A program made the translations under genes and the position numbers. Source: Alphaproteobacteria bacterium (GTDB taxonomy: Bacteria; Pseudomonadota; Alphaproteobacteria; VGDZ01). Taken from it: a DNA stretch of 64,000 bases. Under the pieces are notes generated by a model that did not search any database, was not told where the DNA came from, and saw nothing but the letters and a program-made list of their open reading frames with translations. Below are positions 1 through 11,065 of this stretch, in pieces (the first letter of the stretch is position 1; each line of letters starts with the position of its first letter). Location: positions 12,592 through 76,591 of the forward strand of contig VGDZ01000006.1 in assembly GCA_016869515.1 (NCBI GenBank), read 5' to 3'.

Positions 1-1278
1 GATGCGGATCGCGCCCTGGGTGGCGTCGTAGAAGCGGAACAACAGCCGCGACACGGTCGACTTGCCGGCGCCCGAGGGACCGACGATCGCCAGCGTGTGC
101 CCGGCCGGAATCCGGAAATCGATCGCCTCCAGGATCGGTCGGCGCGGATCGTAGGCGAAGCCGACCCGGTCGAACTCGACCCCGCCGCCCGTCACCGCCA
201 GCGGCTTGGCGTCGGGCGCGTCGCGGATCTCGGCCTGTTCGCGCAGGAGCCCGAACAGCTTTTCGATGTCGACCAGCGCCTGCTTGATCTCGCGATAGAC
301 GAAGCCGAGGAAATTGAGCGGCAAATAGAGCTGGATCATGAAGGTGTTGACGGCGACGAAGTCGCCCAGGGTCATGCTGCCCTCGACGATGCGCAAGGCC
401 GCCATCAGCATCACCGCCGACAGCCCGCAGGCGATGATGAAGCCCTGGCCGATGTTGAGCATCGACAGCGACACCTGGCTGCGCACCGCCGCGGTCTCGT
501 AGCGCGCCAGCGATTCGTCGTAGCGCCGCGCCTCGTGCCCCTCGTTGCCGAAATACTTGACGGTCTCGTAGTTGAGCAGGCTGTCGATCGCCTTGGTGTT
601 GGCCTCGCTGTCGGTCTCGTTCATGGCGCGGCGGAACTTGGTGCGCCACTCGGTCACGGTCAGGGTGTAGACGATGTAGCCGCCGATGGTCAGCAGCGTC
701 GCCAGCGCGAAGCCGACGTCGTAGACGATCATCAGCAGCGCGCAGACCAGCGCCACTTCGAACAGCGTCGGAATGATGTTGAGGACTGTGAACTGGACCA
801 TGAACTGGATGCCGGCGGTGCCGCGCTCGATGGCGCGGCTGATGCCGCCGGTCTGCCGCTCGAGATGGAAGCGCAGCGCCAGGCCATGCAAGTGGCGAAA
901 GGTGCCCAGCGCGACCCGGCGCTTGGCGTTCTGCACCACCTTCGAGAACACCGCATCGCGCAACTCGCCGAAACCCTGGCCCAGCACGCGCGCCAGGCCA
1001 TAGGCGAGGATCAGGCCCAGCGGCAATTGCACCATCAGGCCGGGCGCGTTCATGGCGTCGACCGCGCCCTTGAACAGGAAGGGCACCGACACCGTTGCCA
1101 GCTTGGCGGCGATCAGGCAGGCGAAGGCCAACAGCACGCGGCGCTTGAGTTCCGGGCGATCCGCCGGCCAAAGATAGGGCAGGAGGGTACGAACGGTGTC
1201 CCAATCGGCGCGGCGGCGCTGGGCCGCCGGATTGGCAGGAGCGGCCGGGGCGGCGCGTTCGCTGGCTGCAACGGTCAT
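1..1278 (-). CDS. ABC transporter ATP-binding/permease, ATM1/HMT1-like exporter; 3' end truncated by the window edge
   Basis: Minus-strand translation gives an N-terminal 6-TM domain followed by an NBD. The Walker A motif (IVGPSGAGKST) is encoded at ~60-100. Start ATG at 1276-1278. The track ORF 97..1326(+) is a wrong-frame artefact. Confidence 0.8.
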   Translation of the reverse strand, partial: MTVAASERAAPAAPANPAAQRRRADWDTVRTLLPYLWPADRPELKRRVLLAFACLIAAKLATVSVPFLFKGAVDAMNAPGLMVQLPLGLILAYGLARVLGQGFGELRDAVFSKVVQNAKRRVALGTFRHLHGLALRFHLERQTGGISRAIERGTAGIQFMVQFTVLNIIPTLFEVALVCALLMIVYDVGFALATLLTIGGYIVYTLTVTEWRTKFRRAMNETDSEANTKAIDSLLNYETVKYFGNEGHEARRYDESLARYETAAVRSQVSLSMLNIGQGFIIACGLSAVMLMAALRIVEGSMTLGDFVAVNTFMIQLYLPLNFLGFVYREIKQALVDIEKLFGLLREQAEIRDAPDAKPLAVTGGGVEFDRVGFAYDPRRPILEAIDFRIPAGHTLAIVGPSGAGKSTVSRLLFRFYDATQGAIRI

Positions 1279-1339
1279 GGTCCGGGACACCTTGGCTCTG
1301 GCGGGACGAAAGCGGGCGTAGTATAGGCGCGGGACGCGT

Positions 1340-1792
1340 TTGTCGAGATATGGGATGAGCGAACCCGCTTCGCAAGCCGCTTTCGAGCGTGCCCGCAGCC
1401 TGGTGACCCTCGAGCCGCTATTGCCGGCCGGGCTGGTGTTTACGTGGCATGGTCGGCGCTGCGGCTGCCGCATTGCCGAATCGCGCGGCCGGGTGATGGC
1501 CGAGATCACGGTCGAGCTGGGGGCTATGCCCTTTTCGGCCGAGGACGGTGGCGCGCGCATGCGGCTCTTGGAGATCCTGCGCCATGGCGGCGGCGATGCC
1601 ACCGGGCACTATCGTCTGTCGGATCGCGGCCGCTTCCAATATCGCGGCGAGGAGCCGATCGAGCGGCCGGTCTCGGGTGCCGGCATCGTCGCCGCCGTCA
1701 CCCGTTTCATGCTGCGCGCCAGGCCGTTCCTCTTGCTGGCGGCCGAGAACGGCCCCCGCCGCCGGCCCAACCCCTATCGCCGCCGCGCCTGA
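1340..1792 (+). CDS. hypothetical protein, ~150 aa
   Basis: Open frame lying between two minus-strand genes. No family recognised; possibly YbjN-like, but that is a guess. High GC makes spurious ORFs common. Confidence 0.4.
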   Translation: MSRYGMSEPASQAAFERARSLVTLEPLLPAGLVFTWHGRRCGCRIAESRGRVMAEITVELGAMPFSAEDGGARMRLLEILRHGGGDATGHYRLSDRGRFQYRGEEPIERPVSGAGIVAAVTRFMLRARPFLLLAAENGPRRRPNPYRRRA

Positions 1793-1802
1793 GAGCGCGG
1801 CC

Positions 1803-2945
1803 TCACAGTCGGATCAGCTTGACCCGGCGGCCTTCGGCCGCAAGCGACAGCCTTCCCGCCTTCAGCGCCAACGCATCGTCGCCGAACAGCGCTCGCCGCC
1901 AGCCATGCAGCGCCGGCAGGTCGGGCGCGTCCTCGGCCGCAAGCGCCTCCAGGTCCTCGGCGTCCGCGACCAGCCGTGGGGCCACGCCCTCGGCCTCGCA
2001 CTTGGCCTTGAGCAGCACCTTGAGCAGATCGACCAAGGGGCCGAGTTCGGCGCCGTTGGTCCGCCGGCCATTGCGCTCGACCGCGGGTGCAGGCGCGGCC
2101 AGCCCGGCCTTGACCGCGGCCAAGAGCGGTTCCGCCAGCCGGCTTTCGGAGAAGCCGCGCGGCAAGAGGCGCACCGAGCGCAAGTCATCGGTCACGCGCG
2201 GCGGGTGTGCTGCGATCTCGATCAGCGCCTCGTCCTTGATCAGCCGGCCGCGCGGCAGATCGCGCGCCTGGGCCTCGCGCTCGCGCCAGGCGGCGATCGC
2301 CGCCAGCACGCCCAACATGCGCGGATTGCCGCCCCGCACCCGCAGCCGCTTCCAGGCCTCGGCCGGATCGGCGCGATAGAGTGCGGGATCGACCAGCGCC
2401 GCCAGTTCCTCGCCCACCCAATCGGCGCGGCCCGACTGGCCCAGCATCTCGGCCAGGCGCTCGTAGACCACGCAAAGATGGGTCACGTCCGACAGCGCAT
2501 AGGCGATCTGGCGCTCGGACAGCGGGCGCCGCGACCAGTCGGTGAAGCGCGCCGATTTGTCGATCTGGGCGCGCGCCAGCCGCGCCGCCAGGGTCTCGTA
2601 GGACGCGGCCTCGCCGAAGCCGCAGACCATGGCGGCGATCTGGGTGTCGAACAGCGGCGCCGGCACCCGGCCCGAGCGGTGCACGAACACCTCGATGTCC
2701 TGGCGTGCGGCGTGAAAGACCTTGAGTACCGGCGCCGCCATCAACTGCCACAAGGGCGCAAGATCGATGCCGGCGGCCAGGGGATCGATCGCCGCCGCCT
2801 CGCCCGGCACCGCCAGCTGGACCAGGCACAGTTTCGGCCAATAGCTGTTGTCGCGCATGAATTCGGTGTCGATCGCGACATAGGGCGCGGCGGCCAGGCG
2901 GGAACACAGCGCCGCGACGGCGGCGGAATCGGTCAACACGGTCAT
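1803..2945 (-). CDS. rnd: ribonuclease D
   Basis: 380-aa ORF with 3'-5' exonuclease and HRDC-type architecture (DTEFMR...YWPKLCLVQL...YAALDV-like motifs). Typical RNase D length. Confidence 0.88.
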   Translation of the reverse strand: MTVLTDSAAVAALCSRLAAAPYVAIDTEFMRDNSYWPKLCLVQLAVPGEAAAIDPLAAGIDLAPLWQLMAAPVLKVFHAARQDIEVFVHRSGRVPAPLFDTQIAAMVCGFGEAASYETLAARLARAQIDKSARFTDWSRRPLSERQIAYALSDVTHLCVVYERLAEMLGQSGRADWVGEELAALVDPALYRADPAEAWKRLRVRGGNPRMLGVLAAIAAWREREAQARDLPRGRLIKDEALIEIAAHPPRVTDDLRSVRLLPRGFSESRLAEPLLAAVKAGLAAPAPAVERNGRRTNGAELGPLVDLLKVLLKAKCEAEGVAPRLVADAEDLEALAAEDAPDLPALHGWRRALFGDDALALKAGRLSLAAEGRRVKLIRL

Positions 2946-3034
2946 GCGCGCCGGAAACTAGGCAAGCGCCGCGCGCTTGACAAGCCGCGGCGGCCGTGCG
3001 TTTTTCCGGCCGCTTTCGCCACGCGAGTTCCGCC

Positions 3035-4819
3035 ATGCATGCCTATCGCACCCATACCTGCGGCCAATTGCGCGCCGAGCATGTCGGCCAAAAGGTCCGC
3101 CTCTCGGGCTGGGTCCATCGCAAGCGCGACCACGGCAACCTGCTGTTCGTCGATCTGCGCGACCATTACGGGCTGACGCAATGCGTGCTCGAGACCTCGA
3201 GCCCGCATTTCCGAGCGGTCGAGGCGGCGCGGCCCGAAAGCGTGGTGCGGATCGACGGCGAGGTGGTGGCGCGTTCGGCCGAGACCGCGAACGCGAAGCT
3301 GCCGACCGGCGCGGTCGAGCTGCGCATCCGCGATTTCGCGGTGCTGTCGGCGGCCGAGCCGCTGCCCTTCCCGGTGGCGCAGGAACACGATTATCCCGAG
3401 GACCTGCGGCTGCAATACCGTTTCCTCGATCTGCGGCGCGAGCCCCTGCATTCCTACGTCGTGCTGCGATCCAAGGTCATTTCCTCGATCCGTCGGCGCA
3501 TGATCGAGCAGGGTTTCGTCGAGTTCCAGACCCCGATCCTGACCGCCTCCAGCCCCGAGGGCGCGCGCGATTTTCTGGTTCCCTCGCGGCTGCATCCCGG
3601 CAAGTTCTACGCCCTGCCGCAGGCGCCGCAGCAGTTCAAACAGTTGCTGATGGTGGCGGGGTTCGACCGCTATTTCCAGATCGCGCCCTGTTTCCGCGAC
3701 GAGGATGCGCGCGCCGATCGCTCGCCGGGCGAGTTCTACCAGTTGGACCTGGAGATGAGCTTCGTCACCCAGGAGGACGTGTTCGCCGCGGTCGAGCCGG
3801 TGATCGCCGGCGTGTTCAGGGAATTCACCACGCGTCAGGTCACCGCCTCGCCCTTTCCGCGCATTCCCTATCGCGAGGCGATGCTGAAATACGGCTCGGA
3901 CAAGCCCGATCTGCGCAACCCGCTGGTGATCGCCGACGTCACCGAGGCCTTCAAGGGCGGCGGCTTCGGCCTGTTCGCCAAGGCGATCGAAAACGGATCG
4001 GCGGTGCGCGCCATTCCCGCGCCGGGTGCGGCGTCGCGGCCGCGCTCCTGGTACGACAAGCTCAACGAATGGGCGCGGGCCGAGGGCGCGGGCGGGCTCG
4101 GCTACATCGTCTACGAGGCCGCCGGCGCCAAAGGCCCGGTGGCGGGCAAGCTGGACGCCGAGCGCCTGGCCAGGATCAAATCGGCCTGCGGGCTCAAGGA
4201 CGGCGATGCGGTGTTCTTCGCCTGCGCCAAACCCGATGCCGCCGCCAAGTTCGCCGGCCTGGCCCGCACCCGCATCGGCCAGGAACTGGACCTGATCGAG
4301 AAGGGCGCCTATCGCTTCTGCTGGGTGGTCGACTTCCCGATGTTCGAATGGAACGAGGACGAGAAGAAGATCGACTTCTCGCACAATCCGTTCTCGATGC
4401 CGCAGGGCGAGCTGGAAGCGCTCAAGACCAAGGACCCGCTCGAGATCCTGGCCTTTCAATACGACATCGTCTGCAACGGGGTCGAACTCAGCTCGGGCGC
4501 GATCCGCAACCACAAGCCCGAGGTCATGGTCGAGGCCTTCCGCATCGCCGGTTACGGCGAGGACACGGTCAAGGCCAAGTTCGGCGGCATGTACAACGCT
4601 TTCCGCTTCGGCGCGCCGCCGCATGGCGGCTCGGCGCCAGGCATCGACCGCATCGTCATGCTGATCGCCGACGTGCCCAACTTGCGCGAGGTGGTGGCGT
4701 TCCCGATGAACCAGCAGGCGCAGGACCTGATGATGGGCGCGCCGACCGCGCCCAGCGAGCGCCAGCTGCGCGATGTCCATATCCGCGTCAGCCTGCCGCC
4801 GAGCGTGAAGAAGGAGTAG
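3035..4819 (+). CDS. aspS: aspartate--tRNA ligase
   Basis: Class II aaRS with N-terminal OB fold and bacterial insertion domain. Full-length similarity to AspRS, with motifs such as [24 protein letters not shown] and GLDRIVML. Start taken at the internal Met ([13 protein letters not shown]). Confidence 0.95.
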   Translation: MHAYRTHTCGQLRAEHVGQKVRLSGWVHRKRDHGNLLFVDLRDHYGLTQCVLETSSPHFRAVEAARPESVVRIDGEVVARSAETANAKLPTGAVELRIRDFAVLSAAEPLPFPVAQEHDYPEDLRLQYRFLDLRREPLHSYVVLRSKVISSIRRRMIEQGFVEFQTPILTASSPEGARDFLVPSRLHPGKFYALPQAPQQFKQLLMVAGFDRYFQIAPCFRDEDARADRSPGEFYQLDLEMSFVTQEDVFAAVEPVIAGVFREFTTRQVTASPFPRIPYREAMLKYGSDKPDLRNPLVIADVTEAFKGGGFGLFAKAIENGSAVRAIPAPGAASRPRSWYDKLNEWARAEGAGGLGYIVYEAAGAKGPVAGKLDAERLARIKSACGLKDGDAVFFACAKPDAAAKFAGLARTRIGQELDLIEKGAYRFCWVVDFPMFEWNEDEKKIDFSHNPFSMPQGELEALKTKDPLEILAFQYDIVCNGVELSSGAIRNHKPEVMVEAFRIAGYGEDTVKAKFGGMYNAFRFGAPPHGGSAPGIDRIVMLIADVPNLREVVAFPMNQQAQDLMMGAPTAPSERQLRDVHIRVSLPPSVKKE

Positions 4820-4842
4820 GGGATGCGGCCCTGGGAGGGAGT

Positions 4843-4918
4843 GGTGCCCAGGGACGGAATCGAACCGCCGACACGGGGATTTTCAGTCCCCTGCTCTACC
4901 GACTGAGCTACCTGGGCA
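4843..4918 (-). tRNA. tRNA-Phe (anticodon GAA)
   Basis: The reverse complement reads GCCCAGGTAGCTCAGTCGGTAGAGCAGGGGACTGAAAATCCCCGTGTCGGCGGTTCGATTCCGTCCCTGGGCACCA. Cloverleaf with T-loop GGTTCGATTCC and a 3' CCA; coordinates within ±2 nt. Confidence 0.9.
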
Positions 4919-4968
4919 CGGGCGCGCTGTTTATTCGAAAAGCGCCGCACTGTCCAGGAATTCGCGCG

Positions 4969-5154
4969 TCACTCGGTGCGGTCCTCGTCGTCGTTGTCGG
5001 CGCGCGGCGCATCCAAGGGCGGTCCCGGAATGACATAGCCCTCGCCCAGCCAGCGGCCGAGATCGAGCTGCTTGCAGCGCGGCGAGCAGAACGGCCGTGC
5101 CGCGTCGGATGCGGGCTTGCCGCAGATCGGGCAGGGGGAGGGGGCGTGGCTCAT
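4969..5154 (-). CDS. yacG: DNA gyrase inhibitor YacG (zinc-ribbon)
   Basis: 61-aa protein: CPICGKP...[14 protein letters not shown] four-Cys zinc ribbon followed by an acidic tail. Confidence 0.85.
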   Translation of the reverse strand: MSHAPSPCPICGKPASDAARPFCSPRCKQLDLGRWLGEGYVIPGPPLDAPRADNDDEDRTE

Positions 5155-6236
5155 CGCGGGCGCGCGACGATCCTATCGCCGCCGGCATCTTCGATCCAGG
5201 TGACGACACAGCCGGCGCGGCGGGCGAGCTGTTCGCGCCGGTCGGATGGAATCGCCGCCAGCACCTCGGCCGTGGCGTGGATCGCAAGGCCCGCGGGCGA
5301 ACGCCCCCGCGCCTCGCGCAGGGCCGCGCGCAAAAGGTCATGGGCGCGCGTCGCCGGACTGGGCACGAAACGGGTCTCGATGCCGCCCAGCCGCTCGGCC
5401 AGCGTCGCCCCCTCGCGGCGGCGAGTCAGCTCGATCAAGCCCATGGGCGAAAAGCCCAGCACGTCGCTGGCCAGGGGATCGTCGGCCAGCGCGCGCGCCA
5501 GCCGCTTGAGCAGGGCCTGGCGGCGCGGCAGGCGCGGCGGGTCGATCGCCACCTGGCCGCCGATGCGCCGCAGCCGCAATTGCCGGGCGATCATGTCCAT
5601 CGCCGCCAGCGCCGCTTCGGCCGGTTTGCGGCCTTGGGAGTCGATGTCGATCGCGGTCAGCGCGGCCGCGGTCTCGATCGCGATCCGCCCGCCGCCGGGG
5701 ATCGCCAGCACAGGCACGAGCGCGGCTTCGATCGCGGCATCGACGCCGCGCGCTCGGAACAGCGGCTCGACCTCGCGCCAGAGTTTCGCCGCCGGCGCGC
5801 GCGCCAAATCCTCGGCATCGTCGACCCAGATCGCGGTCGCGCCATCGGCGCGATCGCGCAGCATGCGGTCGATCTCGTCCGCTGCCGGCACCAGCACGCT
5901 GCCGGGGCGCGCTGCGCCGGGCGAGGTTTCGGCGGCGATAGCGACCCGCGCACCCTTGCCGGCGGCTTGCGGGCGACGGATGCGCAGCGCCAAGCGCCGG
6001 CCTTCGGGCGGATAAGGCGGGGCGCAGCGCAAGAAACCCGGCAGGTCCTGGCCGATGTCGACAAAGGCGCCGCCGAGATCGGGCGCCGCCGCCAGCACGC
6101 GGCCGGCGATCACGTTGCCGGCGGGCGGCGGATCGTCCTCGCGCGCGATCGCCAGTTCGACGGTCTCGCCGTCGATCAGCAGCGCGGCGCGGGTCTCGCC
6201 CAAGCCGCGTTCGATCAGGATCTCAGTCGCCGGCAT
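5151..6236 (-). CDS. rng: RNase E/G family ribonuclease (RNase G-like)
   Basis: 361-aa protein with S1-like N-terminus and RNase E/G catalytic-core similarity. Sits in the conserved infA-maf-rng-yacG synteny. Confidence 0.75.
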   Translation of the reverse strand: MPATEILIERGLGETRAALLIDGETVELAIAREDDPPPAGNVIAGRVLAAAPDLGGAFVDIGQDLPGFLRCAPPYPPEGRRLALRIRRPQAAGKGARVAIAAETSPGAARPGSVLVPAADEIDRMLRDRADGATAIWVDDAEDLARAPAAKLWREVEPLFRARGVDAAIEAALVPVLAIPGGGRIAIETAAALTAIDIDSQGRKPAEAALAAMDMIARQLRLRRIGGQVAIDPPRLPRRQALLKRLARALADDPLASDVLGFSPMGLIELTRRREGATLAERLGGIETRFVPSPATRAHDLLRAALREARGRSPAGLAIHATAEVLAAIPSDRREQLARRAGCVVTWIEDAGGDRIVARPR

Positions 6237-6801
6237 CGGCCAAAAGCGCGCGCACGTCGTAAAGCGGCAGGCCGACCACGCCGGAATACGATCCCGCCAG
6301 CCAGCGGATCAGTCCGGCGGCGGCGCCCTGCACGGCATAACCGCCGGCCTTGCCCTTCCATTCGCCGCCGGCGAGGTAAGCCGCGATCTCGTCTGGCGTC
6401 AGGCGCTTGAAGGCAACCACGCTTTCGGACAGGCGGCAGCGCGGCGCGGCGCCGGGCGCGATCAGGCAGAGGGCGCTGAACACGCGATGGCGGCGGCCGG
6501 ACAGCAACTCGAGGCAACGTCGCGCCTGGGTCTCGTCCTCGGCCTTGGGCAGGATGCGGCGGCCGAGCGCGACCACGGTATCGGCCGCCAGCACGCGCGC
6601 CTCGGGCCGCAGCGCCGCTACCGTCTCGGCCTTGCGGCGGGCCAGGCGCAGCGCGTGCGCGCGCGGTGGTTCGTCGCGCAAGGATGCTTCGTCGATCGCC
6701 GCCGGCAGGACCTCGTCGGGAATCAGGCCGATCTGGCGCAAAAGATCGAGGCGCCGGGGCGAGGCCGAGGCCAGGACCAGGGGCGTCCGGCCGGGCGCCA
6801 C
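6223..6801 (-). CDS. maf: Maf-like nucleoside triphosphate pyrophosphatase (septum formation protein)
   Basis: 192-aa protein with LVLASASPRR N-terminus and GKAGGYAVQG motif. Confidence 0.85.
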   Translation of the reverse strand: MAPGRTPLVLASASPRRLDLLRQIGLIPDEVLPAAIDEASLRDEPPRAHALRLARRKAETVAALRPEARVLAADTVVALGRRILPKAEDETQARRCLELLSGRRHRVFSALCLIAPGAAPRCRLSESVVAFKRLTPDEIAAYLAGGEWKGKAGGYAVQGAAAGLIRWLAGSYSGVVGLPLYDVRALLADAGD

Positions 6802-6808
6802 GCGCGGC

Positions 6809-7027
6809 CTATTTGTAACGGAAGGTGATGCGGCCCTTGGTCAGATCGTAGGGCGTCATTTCGACCAGGACCTTGTCGCCGGCCAGGACGCGGATGCGGT
6901 TCTTGCGCATCTTGCCCGAAGTGTGGGCCAGGACCATGTGGTTGTTTTCGAGCCGGACGCGGAACATGGCATTGGGCAGAAGTTCGGTGACGACCCCGGG
7001 AAACTCGATCAGCTCTTCCTTGGCCAT
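6809..7027 (-). CDS. infA: translation initiation factor IF-1
   Basis: 72-aa protein, near-canonical IF-1 sequence ([53 protein letters not shown]...). Confidence 0.97.
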   Translation of the reverse strand: MAKEELIEFPGVVTELLPNAMFRVRLENNHMVLAHTSGKMRKNRIRVLAGDKVLVEMTPYDLTKGRITFRYK

Positions 7028-7090
7028 TCGCGCTCCTTGGACTGGCGGCAGGGCGGAGATATGCGCCCGGGACCGGCCCCGGTCAAGGGT

Positions 7091-7288
7091 TTAGCGCGAA
7101 GTCGCGGTCTCGCGTTGGGCCAAGCGGGCGCGGATGGCTTCGACGATCAGATAAGGGGAAAATTCCCGCACTTCGCGGCCGTGGTTCCGTACCAACTGTT
7201 CATAGACCGAAAGCACGGTCATCGCTGGTAACGCTTCCAACACCGCGTCGATCAGACGCATGATCTCTTCATTGGTTGCAATGCTCAC
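7091..7288 (-). CDS. small hypothetical protein (65 aa), probably GTG start
   Basis: ORF with GGAGG 5 nt upstream of GTG. Co-oriented upstream of infA. No family recognised. Confidence 0.45.
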   Translation of the reverse strand: MSIATNEEIMRLIDAVLEALPAMTVLSVYEQLVRNHGREVREFSPYLIVEAIRARLAQRETATSR

Positions 7289-7439
7289 TAGACCTCCCCC
7301 AGGCCTGGTTCACGCGAGTCGGATATTGCCTCTCAACCTATGGTCGCGTCTACTCCTTTATGAGGATTGTGCCGCTGCGGGGCAGGTTTCAGATTTGGAT
7401 GCAGGATTCGGCCGGACAGAGTTTCCCACCCATGCCTTC

Positions 7440-7740
7440 GCAGCGGCCAAGAGCCCCAAGACCAAGGCAAAGCCGCCCAACTGCTGCCGGTGCCAAGGCA
7501 CCGGTAGTGGTTGGGCAGAGGTCGGCCATGGTCGCCTATTGCATTGCCGCCGAATTTTTCCCCATCGATCGTGCCCTAGGCCTCCGCCAAGCTGGGCATC
7601 ACCGTCGGCAGGGCGCGCACGCGGCTCAAGACCCTGTTCCTCAAGACCCGTACGAGGCTGCAATTCGAGATGCTGCTCTTGCCGACCGGCGGGCTGACCG
7701 GGCTCGACTTGGGCCGATGGCGGATCAGACCGTCGGTCCG
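7440..7740 (+). pseudogene. possible remnant of an ECF sigma factor C-terminus (region 4-like HTH), interrupted by a stop
   Basis: The translation ...SAKLGITVGRARTRLKTLFLKTRTRL resembles the sigma-70 region 4.2 consensus (ILGVPVGTVKSRLHRARKRL). It is preceded by an in-frame stop, and no intact ORF with an RBS exists. The region is otherwise gene-free. Confidence 0.25.
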
Positions 7741-8168
7741 CCGGACATGTCGAAGCGGCGCTTGATCTTGGCCATCAGCTGATCGCGCAGCGCGCGATAG
7801 CCCTCCAGCACCGTCTCGCGCCCGCCCTCAACCGCCGAGGGATCGGGCGTCGGCCAGTATTCGACCTCGCAGGCCGAGGTGCGGGTCATCTCCATCGCCT
7901 TGTGATGCGCCTCGGGCGATAGCGAGACAATGAGGTCAAAGGACCCGTCCTGCAAATCGTCGAAGCTTTTGGGACGGTGGCGCTGGAGGTCGATGCCGAT
8001 CTCCTCCAGCACCGCCACCGCGAACGGATCGAGCGGTCCCGGGCGCACGCCTGCCGAATCGACGAACACCCGCCGCGCCAGCAGGTGCTTGGCGATGGCT
8101 TCGGCGATCGGCGAGCGGATGGCGTTGCGGCTGCAGGCGAACAGCACGCTGGCCGGCGCGCGGCCCAT
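7725..8168 (-). CDS. low-molecular-weight protein tyrosine phosphatase / arsenate-reductase-fold protein
   Basis: 147-aa protein with VLFACSRNAIRS P-loop (CX5R) near the N-terminus. Confidence 0.8.
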   Translation of the reverse strand: MGRAPASVLFACSRNAIRSPIAEAIAKHLLARRVFVDSAGVRPGPLDPFAVAVLEEIGIDLQRHRPKSFDDLQDGSFDLIVSLSPEAHHKAMEMTRTSACEVEYWPTPDPSAVEGGRETVLEGYRALRDQLMAKIKRRFDMSGGPTV

Positions 8169-8169
8169 C

Positions 8170-8658
8170 TCACGGCCCCTTGGCGTAAAGCGCGCAGATC
8201 AGCGTGAACAGCCGCCGCGCGGTGTCGAAGTCGATCTCGATCTTGCCCAACAGGCGCTGGCGCAGCAGTTCCGAGCCTTCGTTGTGCAGGCCGCGGCGGC
8301 CCATGTCGATCGCCTCGATGCGCGATGGGCTGGCGGTCTTGATCGCCTGAAAATAGCTGTCGCAGATGTCGAAGTAGTCCTTGACCACGCGCCGGAACGG
8401 CACCAGCGACAGCATCACCGCCCGCAGCGGCCGGTCGCTGTCGTCGCGGATGTCGAACACCAGCCGGCCCTCGGCCACCGCCAGGCGAAGATGGAACGGG
8501 CCGTCGCCGCCCTCGGCCAGGCCCTCGGGCCGGAAGCTGTTGTGCTCGATCAGGTCGAAGATCGCCACCCGCCGCTCGTGGTCGACGTCGGCGTCGCGCC
8601 AGCCGATCGAGGCCTCGTCCAGCGTCAGCTTGACGATGCGACGGCGGTCCTCGGCCAT
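8170..8658 (-). CDS. UPF0262 family protein
   Basis: 162-aa protein. Conserved alphaproteobacterial family; its usual position is next to hisD, as here. Confidence 0.75.
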   Translation of the reverse strand: MAEDRRRIVKLTLDEASIGWRDADVDHERRVAIFDLIEHNSFRPEGLAEGGDGPFHLRLAVAEGRLVFDIRDDSDRPLRAVMLSLVPFRRVVKDYFDICDSYFQAIKTASPSRIEAIDMGRRGLHNEGSELLRQRLLGKIEIDFDTARRLFTLICALYAKGP

Positions 8659-8661
8659 CGC

Positions 8662-9963
8662 CTAGCGCTTGGTCGAGTTGAGCCGCAGCGTCACCGACAG
8701 CGCGTGCGCGGCAAGGCCCTCGGCCTCGGCCAATGCCGCGGCGGCGGGGCCGATGCGCCGCATCGCCTCGGCATCGCAGCCCATGATGCTGGAGCGCTTG
8801 ACGAAATCCAGCACCGACAGGCCCGAGGCGAAGCGCGCGGCGCGGCTGGTGGGCAGGACGTGGTTCGAGCCGGCGACGTAGTCGCCCAGCGCCTCGGGGG
8901 CATGGCGGCCGAGGAAGATGGCGCCGGCATGGCGAATGCGCGGCAGCAGCGTGTCCGGCCGCGCCACCATCAGCTCGACATGCTCGGGCGCCAGCCGGTC
9001 GACCAGCTTGCAGCCGGCCTCGAGATTGCCGACGCGCAGGATGGCGCCGTGATCGGCCCAGCTCTTGGCGGCGATCGCGCGCCGTGGCAGGGTCTCCAGC
9101 AGCCGCGCCACCGCCTCGTCGACCGCATCGGCCAGCTCGCGGTCGTCGGCGATCAGCACCGCCTGGCTGGATTCGTCGTGTTCGGCCTGCGACATCAGGT
9201 CGGCCGCCACCCAGCGCGGATCGGCGGCGCGATCGGCCAGCACCACGATCTCGGACGGGCCGGCGATCAGGTCGATGCCGACCTGGCCGAACACCAGCCG
9301 CTTGGCGGCGGCGACATAGGCGTTGCCGGGACCGACGATCTTGTCGACCGGGGCGATGCTGGCGGTGCCGTAGGCCAGCGCCGCCACCGCCTGGGCGCCG
9401 CCGACGCGCCAGATCTCGTCGATGCCGAGCAGCCGGGCGGCGGCGCAGACCAGGGGGTTGAGCCTTCCCTCGGGCGTCGGCATGGCCACCGCCAGCCGGC
9501 CGACGCCGGCGACCCGGGCGGGGATGGCGTTCATCAGCAGCGAGGAGGGGTAGGCCGCGAGCCCGCCCGGAACGTAAAGCCCGACCGAGTCCAGCGCCGT
9601 CCAGCGCCAGCCCAGCCGCACGCCGTCGGCATCGACGAAATCCTCGTCCTCGGGAATCTGGCGACGGTGATAGGCCTCGATCCGCCGCGCCGCCAGCTTC
9701 AGCGCCTCGACCGCGGCCTCGGGCGCCTGCTTGGCGGCGGCCTCGATCTCGCCGTCGCTCAGCCGCAGCGTGGCCTCGGTCGGCTCGATGCGATCGAGCC
9801 GCCGCGTGTGCTCGATCAGCGCGGCATCGCCGCGCGCTCGCACGTCGGCGACGATCTCGGCGGCGACGCGGTCGACCGCCTCGGCGGTGTCGCGCTTCTT
9901 CGCCAGCAGCGCGGCGAAACCGGCGTCGAAATCCTTGGCGGAGGCGTCAAGTCGCCTGACCAT
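8662..9963 (-). CDS. hisD: histidinol dehydrogenase
   Basis: 433-aa protein, full-length HisD similarity (zinc and NAD-binding motifs, e.g. QAEHDE, SNHVLPT). Confidence 0.95.
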   Translation of the reverse strand: MVRRLDASAKDFDAGFAALLAKKRDTAEAVDRVAAEIVADVRARGDAALIEHTRRLDRIEPTEATLRLSDGEIEAAAKQAPEAAVEALKLAARRIEAYHRRQIPEDEDFVDADGVRLGWRWTALDSVGLYVPGGLAAYPSSLLMNAIPARVAGVGRLAVAMPTPEGRLNPLVCAAARLLGIDEIWRVGGAQAVAALAYGTASIAPVDKIVGPGNAYVAAAKRLVFGQVGIDLIAGPSEIVVLADRAADPRWVAADLMSQAEHDESSQAVLIADDRELADAVDEAVARLLETLPRRAIAAKSWADHGAILRVGNLEAGCKLVDRLAPEHVELMVARPDTLLPRIRHAGAIFLGRHAPEALGDYVAGSNHVLPTSRAARFASGLSVLDFVKRSSIMGCDAEAMRRIGPAAAALAEAEGLAAHALSVTLRLNSTKR

Positions 9964-10606
9964 CGGTGGCCTCCTTGAAGCGCGCGATCCAGCGGTTGAT
10001 CTCGTCGGAGCGGGTCTTGAGCGCGGCGCGGTTGACCGCCAGCCGCGCGCTGACGTCGAGGATGCGTTCGACCTCGACCAGGCCGTTGTCGCGAAGCGTG
10101 CGGCCGGTCGCGACCAGATCGACGATGCGCCCGCACAGGCCCAGCGCCGGCGCCAGTTCCAAGGCGCCGTTGAGCTTGATGCACTCGGCCTGGACGCCGC
10201 GGCGGGCGAAATGGCGCCGGGTCAGGTTGGGATACTTGGTGGCGACGCTGACGTGGCTCCAGCGCCGGGGATCGTCGCCGGCCCGCATCGCCTCGGGCAC
10301 CGCCACCGCCAGGCGGCAATGGCCGATGCCGAGATCGAGCGGGGCGTAGATCTCGGAATAGTCGAACTCGGCCAGCACGTCCGAGCCGGCGATGCCCAGT
10401 TGCGCCGCGCCGAAGGCGACGAAGGTGGCGACGTCGAACGAGCGCACCCGCACCAGCTCGATCTCGGGCCGGCTGGTGCGGAACAACAGCCGGCGCGATT
10501 CCTCGTCGGCCAGTTCGGGTTCGGGCTCGATGCCGACGCGCGCCAGCAGCGGCAGCGCCTCGGCCAACAGCCGGCCCTTGGGCAGGGCGATGATCAGGCG
10601 ATCCAT
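9947..10606 (-). CDS. hisG: ATP phosphoribosyltransferase, short form (HisGs)
   Basis: 219 aa from the internal Met ([14 protein letters not shown]...). Overlaps the hisD start by 17 nt. The N-terminal extension in the track ORF is non-coding. Confidence 0.9.
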   Translation of the reverse strand: MDRLIIALPKGRLLAEALPLLARVGIEPEPELADEESRRLLFRTSRPEIELVRVRSFDVATFVAFGAAQLGIAGSDVLAEFDYSEIYAPLDLGIGHCRLAVAVPEAMRAGDDPRRWSHVSVATKYPNLTRRHFARRGVQAECIKLNGALELAPALGLCGRIVDLVATGRTLRDNGLVEVERILDVSARLAVNRAALKTRSDEINRWIARFKEATDGQAT

Positions 10607-10613
10607 GACGCGC

Positions 10614-11063
10614 TCAGCCGCCGGCTTCGAGCTTGTGCTCGGGACGCGGCGCCGCGTGCAGCGTATCCGGCCGGTCGGCCAGATAGGCCGCCAGCCGATC
10701 CGCCTCGATGCGCAGTTCGGCGCCGCCGGCGAAATCGAGCGACACCGCGACGCCGCCATCGGCCAGCGGTTCGCAGCGCAGCGACAGAAGTTCCAGCGTG
10801 GCGTGGCGGTGTTGGCGCGGGATGCCGATCGACTTGACGCCGCGCACGAATTCGAAATGCAGCCCCGCCAGCACGCGCTGGCCGACCGGCCCGCCCTTGC
10901 AGCATTCCCAGCAGTAGCGCGAGACCAGAAGCGCGAAGCGGCGCTGCTCGGCCAGCCAGGCCAGGTCGCCGACCTGGGTCACGGCATCCTGCAGCATCGA
11001 GGACATGACCGTGAGGTCCTCGACGTCGCCGGCGCGGAGCTTGAGGGTGCCGGGCGTGGCCAT
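10614..11063 (-). CDS. DUF2948 family protein
   Basis: 150-aa ORF ([28 protein letters not shown]...) lying between murA and hisG. This family occupies that position in many alphaproteobacteria. It is hidden inside the wrong-frame 597-aa track ORF. Confidence 0.7.
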   Translation of the reverse strand: MATPGTLKLRAGDVEDLTVMSSMLQDAVTQVGDLAWLAEQRRFALLVSRYCWECCKGGPVGQRVLAGLHFEFVRGVKSIGIPRQHRHATLELLSLRCEPLADGGVAVSLDFAGGAELRIEADRLAAYLADRPDTLHAAPRPEHKLEAGG

Positions 11064-11065
11064 GC

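Noticed and set aside
97-1326. 409-aa plus-strand ORF
   Set aside because: It is the antisense of the ABC transporter gene. The translation is Arg/Ala/Asp/Gln-rich junk typical of wrong-frame high-GC ORFs, and the minus strand gives an ATM1-like protein with a Walker A motif.
4919-4968. Possible terminator hairpin between yacG and tRNA-Phe
   Set aside because: The stem is imperfect (GGCGC/GCGCC with mismatches) and there is no clean U-tract. It is not convincing.
2942-6015. Very long overlapping ORFs (2942..4780 minus, 2977..6015 plus, 1548..3176 plus)
   Set aside because: Low-complexity Arg/Gly/Ala-rich translations overlapping the well-supported aspS, rnd, yacG and rng genes. These are GC-driven artefacts.
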